This document shows positions 44,100-48,764 of a DNA stretch of 48,764 nt, one piece after another; position 1 is the stretch's first letter; every line of letters starts with the position of its first letter. The notes beneath the pieces are model-generated. The model saw only the letters and a list, made by a program, of their open reading frames with translations. It was not told where the DNA came from and did not search any database. The stretch is from positions 1 to 48,764 of the IMG/VR virus record IMGVR_UViG_3300048854_000069; one strand, given 5' to 3'. The position numbers and the translations under genes were made by a program. Source of the stretch: a virus. Taxonomy: Duplodnaviria; Caudoviricetes.

Positions 44100-44633
44100 A
44101 TGAAAACGACTTTCATCGCCCTCATCGTTTCGCTCTTCGCAGCTAGCTCTGCGATGGCTGAAGTTTCCAGCAATGCCACGAATACGTCAACCACGGCTTC
44201 GACAGCCGGCGCGACCAACGCAGGGAACGCGCAAAACCTCGCACTGAACAGCTATGCACCCGGCAGCCAGACAATTCGCACGACCGGCAATGCGGTTGTG
44301 AGCGGCTTTGCGGGTTCGTTCTCATCCGATTACTGCGGCGGCACGATGGGCGGCTCGGTCGGCGCACCCGGCGTCGCGCTCGCATTCGGCGGCCCGAAGA
44401 TAGATCAATCGTGCGTGATGCTTCGCACCTTCGAGCGCGTCCAGCAAGCAGCCGTCGCCGATCCAGCAAACGCACGCGAGCTGCGCAACGCCGCGCTCGA
44501 CATCCTGGCTGAGATCGATCCGAAGATTCGCGCCATCTTCGTGAAGCACAACCTAGTTGACGGCGAGCCGACGGCGACAGCGATCACAACGAATTCCAGC
44601 GGGCAGCAAGTGTACGCGACCGCTCAACCCTGA
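44100..44633 (+). CDS. Secreted protein with Ser/Thr/Asn-rich N-terminus and Cys-flanked Gly-rich hairpin
   Basis: Signal ending AMA; DYCGGTMGGSVGAPGVALAFGGPKIDQSC; GGAG RBS. Confidence 0.8.
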   Translation: MKTTFIALIVSLFAASSAMAEVSSNATNTSTTASTAGATNAGNAQNLALNSYAPGSQTIRTTGNAVVSGFAGSFSSDYCGGTMGGSVGAPGVALAFGGPKIDQSCVMLRTFERVQQAAVADPANARELRNAALDILAEIDPKIRAIFVKHNLVDGEPTATAITTNSSGQQVYATAQP

Positions 44634-44641
44634 GAGACATC

Positions 44642-45289
44642 ATGCCGAACCACATCACGAACAAGATCAAAGCACCGACGCATGTTATCGCGGCCCTTGT
44701 CAACGAAAAGGGCGACGTGGATTTTCGCCGTGTCATCGACTTTACTGGCGAATTCCCGTTCAACGGCGTGAGCATGGCCGCCGAAACAATCGCTGAAAGC
44801 GTTGTCGGTAAGGGCTTGAGTGACTTTGAACCGTTGGCGGCGCTGCAGGCACACAGCCGCGCTAAGACGAAGATTCAGGATCTCACCGACGAATGTTTTG
44901 AGCAGTTCGTGCAAATGCTGCGCAACTTCCGCAAGTGCGGTGTTTTCCACAATATGGATTTTGCCCGCGAGCAATGGGGAACGAAGTGGAACGCCTACGA
45001 GTGCGAGGTCGACATCGAGGCCGGGACCGCAAAGTTCAACACCGCATGGAGCTGCCCAGAGCCGGTGCTCGAAAAGCTTTCGCGTCAATTCCCCGTCGAT
45101 TTGATTGAAGTTACTTTCGCCGACGAAGACATCGGCAGCAACTGCGGAACGTTCACGCTGAAGAACGGCGAAACGGTTGCATCCGACATCGCTCCGTCGT
45201 GGAGCAACCAGAGCGATGCAGAGAAAGCTAAGTGGCGAGCCTTTGCCTACGACGTCAAGGGTTGGACGCCCGACGAAGACGAAGAGTGA
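44642..45289 (+). CDS. DUF1281/YubB-like ferredoxin-fold protein
   Basis: MPNH..N, WGTKWNA, F.TAWS.P and ADED.G.NCG motifs. Confidence 0.7.
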   Translation: MPNHITNKIKAPTHVIAALVNEKGDVDFRRVIDFTGEFPFNGVSMAAETIAESVVGKGLSDFEPLAALQAHSRAKTKIQDLTDECFEQFVQMLRNFRKCGVFHNMDFAREQWGTKWNAYECEVDIEAGTAKFNTAWSCPEPVLEKLSRQFPVDLIEVTFADEDIGSNCGTFTLKNGETVASDIAPSWSNQSDAEKAKWRAFAYDVKGWTPDEDEE

Positions 45290-45343
45290 TTCTGATCAAC
45301 CGCGCCGCGGCTGCATCGCGCGCTAACCACTGAGGAAAAGATC

Positions 45344-45703
45344 GTGAATATCAGCCATCTCGCCGCTGTAGCCATCAAGAAATCTGGCATCGCAAATTGG
45401 GAACCGTACTTCTATGAGGTCGTTGGCTCGGATGCTTTTCTGATCAAAGGCGGAATACCTCGCTTGCTGAAATCGGGTCCGCGCAAAGGACAAAAGACTT
45501 GGGATGCGAAGTCGGCGACGAAGCTGATCGTAACCAAGATCGAGGTTGCTGCAGAAAGAGCGCGCTATGAACGGGAGACGGGCAATTGCTCGAATTGCTT
45601 TGGCGAGGGAAAGGTCACCGCAAGTGCTCGGATGCAGGGCACTGAGGTCATCAGAACGTATCGCCCTTGTCCCAACTGCTCCGCAACCGGCAAAGCCGAC
45701 TGA
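45344..45703 (+). CDS. Protein with C-terminal DnaJ-like zinc finger
   Basis: CSNCFGEG...CPNCSATG; GTG start after GAGGA; flanked by 16-bp direct repeats. Confidence 0.7.
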   Translation: MNISHLAAVAIKKSGIANWEPYFYEVVGSDAFLIKGGIPRLLKSGPRKGQKTWDAKSATKLIVTKIEVAAERARYERETGNCSNCFGEGKVTASARMQGTEVIRTYRPCPNCSATGKAD

Positions 45704-45729
45704 TCTAACCGCTAACCACTGAGGACGAT

Positions 45730-46143
45730 ATGAAGCTGAGCGAGAACGCAATTCAATGGCTGGCGAACGGTGAGCGCGGGCTTAGCAGCGAAACGATCTT
45801 TGCGACGATCACGGGGATGAAAGTTGGCGACTACCCAGACAAATCGCATCCGTATGACCCTGGTGACCTTCGCCGGTGCAGGTTGTTGCTTGATGCATGC
45901 CCTGAGATTGCTGAACGCCTGTCGCTGATGGCGCTCGTTTCGTCAGCATGGGCCGCGCTAACACCGCGCTGGCAAGAGCTCTGTGCAGTGATGGACGAGG
46001 AAACGCCGAACTGGCGCACACCCAGCCGATTTGACACCGCGCCAAGACCGTACGACGCAAGACGCGCCCGACGCACACCGGAAACATCGATTCCGCGCAC
46101 TACGTTTCTGAAGACGGCGGCCCGCGCCTGGTGCGCAGCGTAA
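45730..46143 (+). CDS. Conserved phage protein whose C-terminus runs out of frame into a methylase remnant
   Basis: WL..GE.G.SS, P.DP.DL.RC..LL motifs; the sequence after about 46041 belongs to the methylase frame. Confidence 0.6.
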   Translation: MKLSENAIQWLANGERGLSSETIFATITGMKVGDYPDKSHPYDPGDLRRCRLLLDACPEIAERLSLMALVSSAWAALTPRWQELCAVMDEETPNWRTPSRFDTAPRPYDARRARRTPETSIPRTTFLKTAARAWCAA

Positions 46144-46400
46144 TCGATGTCAGCAACGAACACGGCAAAGCGTTTCACCCGACCCAAAAGCCGCTGGGCA
46201 TTCTGGCGCCGCTGATTGAGTACTCGGTTCCGCGCGGCGGGATCGTGCTGGACCCGTTCCTTGGAAGCGGATCGACCGGTATCGCCGCGAAGCTGCTTGG
46301 GCGCCATTACATCGGCTGCGAGCTGGACCCTGCGTGCGTGCAGATGCAGGAAGCGCGGACACGCCAGCCAGGCCTGATGTTGGAGCAAGCGTGTTCCTAG
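46035..46400 (+). pseudogene. 5'-truncated N6/N4 DNA methyltransferase (beta class) remnant
   Basis: HPTQKP...LI..S...G..VLDPFLGSGST..A; in-frame stop at 46032; catalytic DPPY half absent. Confidence 0.75.
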
Positions 46401-46576
46401 ATGCCTACGCACGCGCCGCGATCAAAGCGCTGTATGCGTTTCTGGCAGCAGCCGTGCCGACAGACGTTTTGATCTACGCGTTGCTTACCGCTGTCATGGA
46501 ACTGGTGAACAAGCGATCAGGGTTGGATGTGCGGGTAATTTTCGGTGACGTCCAGATAACAAGACGAGGTAAGTGA
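46391..46576 (+). CDS. Small hydrophobic protein
   Basis: GTG start with GGAG RBS; overlaps both neighbours. Confidence 0.5.
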   Translation: MFLDAYARAAIKALYAFLAAAVPTDVLIYALLTAVMELVNKRSGLDVRVIFGDVQITRRGK

Positions 46577-47058
46577 TGCAAATGCCATCGATTCTCGACC
46601 CGTGCTGTGGGAGCCGCATGTTTTGGTTCGACAAGAAAAATCAGGGGGTTTTGTTCGGCGACATCCGCGATGAAGAGCACGTTCTTTGTGATGGCCGCTC
46701 GCTGAATATCACGCCGGATGTGCTGATGGATTTTCGCAAGATGGAGTTTCCAGACAGTACCTTTCGCCTGGTCGTATTCGATCCGCCGCACCTTCGCCGA
46801 GCTGGCCCAAATAGCTGGTTGAAGGCGAAGTACGGGATGCTTTCTGATGACTGGCGCGCGGATTTGCGGAAAGGCTTTGCTGAGTGTTTCCGCGTGCTGA
46901 AAGACGAAGGGATTTTGATATTCAAGTGGAACGAAACACAGATCAAGGTTAGCGAGATTCTCGCGCTGACAGATCACAAGCCACTGTTCGGGCACGTATC
47001 CGGGAAGGCGGCGAACACGCACTGGATCACGTTCATGAAGCAGCACGCGAAACCATAG
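46573..47058 (+). CDS. SAM-dependent (probable DNA adenine) methyltransferase
   Basis: ILDPCCGSRMFWFDK, VVFDPPH and GF.EC.RVLK..G.LIFKW motifs. Confidence 0.85.
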   Translation: MMQMPSILDPCCGSRMFWFDKKNQGVLFGDIRDEEHVLCDGRSLNITPDVLMDFRKMEFPDSTFRLVVFDPPHLRRAGPNSWLKAKYGMLSDDWRADLRKGFAECFRVLKDEGILIFKWNETQIKVSEILALTDHKPLFGHVSGKAANTHWITFMKQHAKP

Positions 47059-47077
47059 ACGCATAAGGACAACCATC

Positions 47078-48355
47078 ATGAACAAATGGATTATCGATGA
47101 GCCGACGTTACTACACATTATGAGTGTAGCGATTGGCGCAGCGTATGTAAGCGTCGAGGACGCATCAAAACGTCTTGGAGTTACCGCTCCAATCCTGCAA
47201 GCCGCCACTCGCGACGCGTCGGAACAATGCAAGTGTCGTCAACTCGGCGATTGGAAAGGCTTTCATCACCCGCTATGTGATGGAGCCGACTCTTTGCAAA
47301 GCTTCAGCGTGTGGTTAAACGAAAACCGAGATAAGGACGTTTCCGCAGTATTTCACGACATCGTAGCTCGCGTAAAAGATATGCAAGCCGCCACTCGCGA
47401 CCCACAACCCACCGGCTGGTTGCCAACCGCCGAGAACATCAATGCGCTTCCCGAGCCGATCCGAGCCTACATCATGGGGCTGGAAACGAACGCTGATCCA
47501 GCAGGCATGGTGCGTGAGAACGCGATCTTGCGATACGACAACGCTGAGTTTGAATCACGTCTTGCCGCCACGAGCGACGCGCCCCAAGGCGGGTTGACGG
47601 ATGATGCAACGCAAGCTGACTTGTGGCGATATGCGAAACAGCTTGCAAAAAATCAGGGCTATTCGACTGTCGAAGCCGCGATCAAAGCCGCCCCCGCCAA
47701 TCCCATGCAAGCGCATCCATCAATAGCAAGGGCGATCACTCAGGAAGAACGAGCATGCCGCGCCGAAGACGCCTTGATTAATTTGGTCAATCAAATTAGG
47801 AAGTCGAATCCCGTTGACGACCATGGGCACGACTTGAAAATGAATCGTGCGTATATTGAAGCATCGAAATTGCTTGATTCGAGTGACGCCAATCCCATTC
47901 AAGCGAGCCAAGATATTCGAGGCGGGAATGATCGGCATTTTTATGAATTGCTGAATGCATACGAGTCTGCCGTTCGAGAATTGCAAGCCACTCCGCAAGC
48001 ATTAGTGCATCTTCAAGAAAAGAAGGATACAGCGCGTCTCACCTTGATAAAAGCTTTTGAAAACCGCATCGCCCCAACTGCTGATGATGCAAAGCCTGTC
48101 GGGGAGGCTGTGGACTTGCACGAGGTCATTCATATGGCCCGGCAAAGCTGGCAACACCAATGGACTTACACGGTCGAAGATATTATCGCCGCCACTGCGC
48201 AAACTCCCAAAGAGGTTGCGGTAGATACAGAGCGCGGTAAGTGGGCACTGGCATATCTCGAATCCGAAGGGTGGACTGTGCAAGGCATTGACCGTCAAAT
48301 TGCTATCGACAGGGCTATCGTTGCCAGCGCGCCGAAGGGAGATGGAAATGCTTAA
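47078..48355 (+). CDS. Mosaic multi-module accessory protein (Ea22/Ead-like architecture)
   Basis: Segments separated by repeated QAATRD and ANP(M/I)QA linkers; ends in the ASAPKGDGNA junction repeat. Confidence 0.75.
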   Translation: MNKWIIDEPTLLHIMSVAIGAAYVSVEDASKRLGVTAPILQAATRDASEQCKCRQLGDWKGFHHPLCDGADSLQSFSVWLNENRDKDVSAVFHDIVARVKDMQAATRDPQPTGWLPTAENINALPEPIRAYIMGLETNADPAGMVRENAILRYDNAEFESRLAATSDAPQGGLTDDATQADLWRYAKQLAKNQGYSTVEAAIKAAPANPMQAHPSIARAITQEERACRAEDALINLVNQIRKSNPVDDHGHDLKMNRAYIEASKLLDSSDANPIQASQDIRGGNDRHFYELLNAYESAVRELQATPQALVHLQEKKDTARLTLIKAFENRIAPTADDAKPVGEAVDLHEVIHMARQSWQHQWTYTVEDIIAATAQTPKEVAVDTERGKWALAYLESEGWTVQGIDRQIAIDRAIVASAPKGDGNA

Positions 48356-48637
48356 GTGCCCACAATGCCAAGGTGGCGGCTATGTCACGCACGCGCTTGG
48401 CGAAGGCAAGTGCTCAGTTTGCAAAGGAACCGGCTATATAGAGCAAGCCGCACGCGCCACGCCAGCGGACCAAGTAGAAATGAAACTTCGCCGACTCATG
48501 GGGGCGATCAATTCTTATGAGAAAGCGACAGGGATTGGCGGATGGTACGCAGAGCAAGTGCAAGAAGCATCCAACAGCTTGCTAAAGGCATTAGGCAGCG
48601 AAATACGTTTCGGTCTAGGCGATGAAAACCCTATCGC
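48322..48637 (+). repeat. 316-bp tandem cassette unit (identical to 1-316)
   Basis: Unit bounded by TGCCAGCGCGCCGAAGGGAGATGGAAATG at 48322, 48638 (=1) and 317. Confidence 0.85.
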
Positions 48638-48671
48638 TGCCAGCGCGCCGAAGGGAGATGGAAATGCTTAA
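48348..48671 (+). CDS. Zinc-finger cassette protein, copy B
   Basis: Same as 27-350 except the last residue (GNA vs GND). Confidence 0.7.
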   Translation: MLKCPQCQGGGYVTHALGEGKCSVCKGTGYIEQAARATPADQVEMKLRRLMGAINSYEKATGIGGWYAEQVQEASNSLLKALGSEIRFGLGDENPIAASAPKGDGNA

Positions 48672-48764
48672 GTGCCCACAATGCCAAGGTGGCGGCTATG
48701 TCACGCACGCGCTTGGCGAAGGCAAGTGCTCAGTTTGCAAAGGAACCGGCTATATAGAGCAAGC

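Noticed and set aside
48638-48764. 127-bp terminal repeat as a biological phage end
   Set aside because: The length matches a typical assembler k-mer and it falls mid-gene; treated as circular overlap.
47196-48764. Repeats with unique intervening sequence as a CRISPR array or DGR
   Set aside because: The repeats are of several different types, spaced about 190-330 bp apart and in coding frame; no cas or reverse transcriptase gene and no adenine-specific TR/VR pair.

Overview
This is a complete, circularly assembled temperate phage genome of about 48,637 bp; the last 127 bp repeat bases 1-127. It has lambdoid early control and a contractile (myovirus-type) tail, and the gene content suggests a Burkholderiaceae/betaproteobacterial host (inferred). 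Layout: xis-int-attP (1.5-3.0 kb); a minus-strand late operon running terS, terL, DUF1073 portal, DUF2213 protease/scaffold, DUF2184 capsid, sheath, tube, chaperone, tape measure, baseplate, fibre, O-acyltransferase moron and lysis (31.7-3.6 kb); Q/pR', nin-like genes, dnaB, initiator, cII and cro (32-37.9 kb, minus); cI with two repressor-controlled plus-strand early operons containing recT/exo and accessory genes (37.9-48.7 kb, continuing to 1.5 kb). Strongest non-obvious signals: (1) a canonical type II hammerhead ribozyme (43473-43524) just upstream of two uncharacterised signal-peptide genes; (2) a modular accessory array whose genes and domains are joined by short in-frame DNA repeats, with one 316-bp cassette in tandem or as a circle junction; (3) three free-standing homing endonuclease genes with hairpin leaders, two of them nearly identical although they precede unrelated nucleases; (4) an integrase lacking the box I catalytic Arg; (5) a structured non-coding late leader. 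All protein family calls come from motif recognition by eye, not from database searches.
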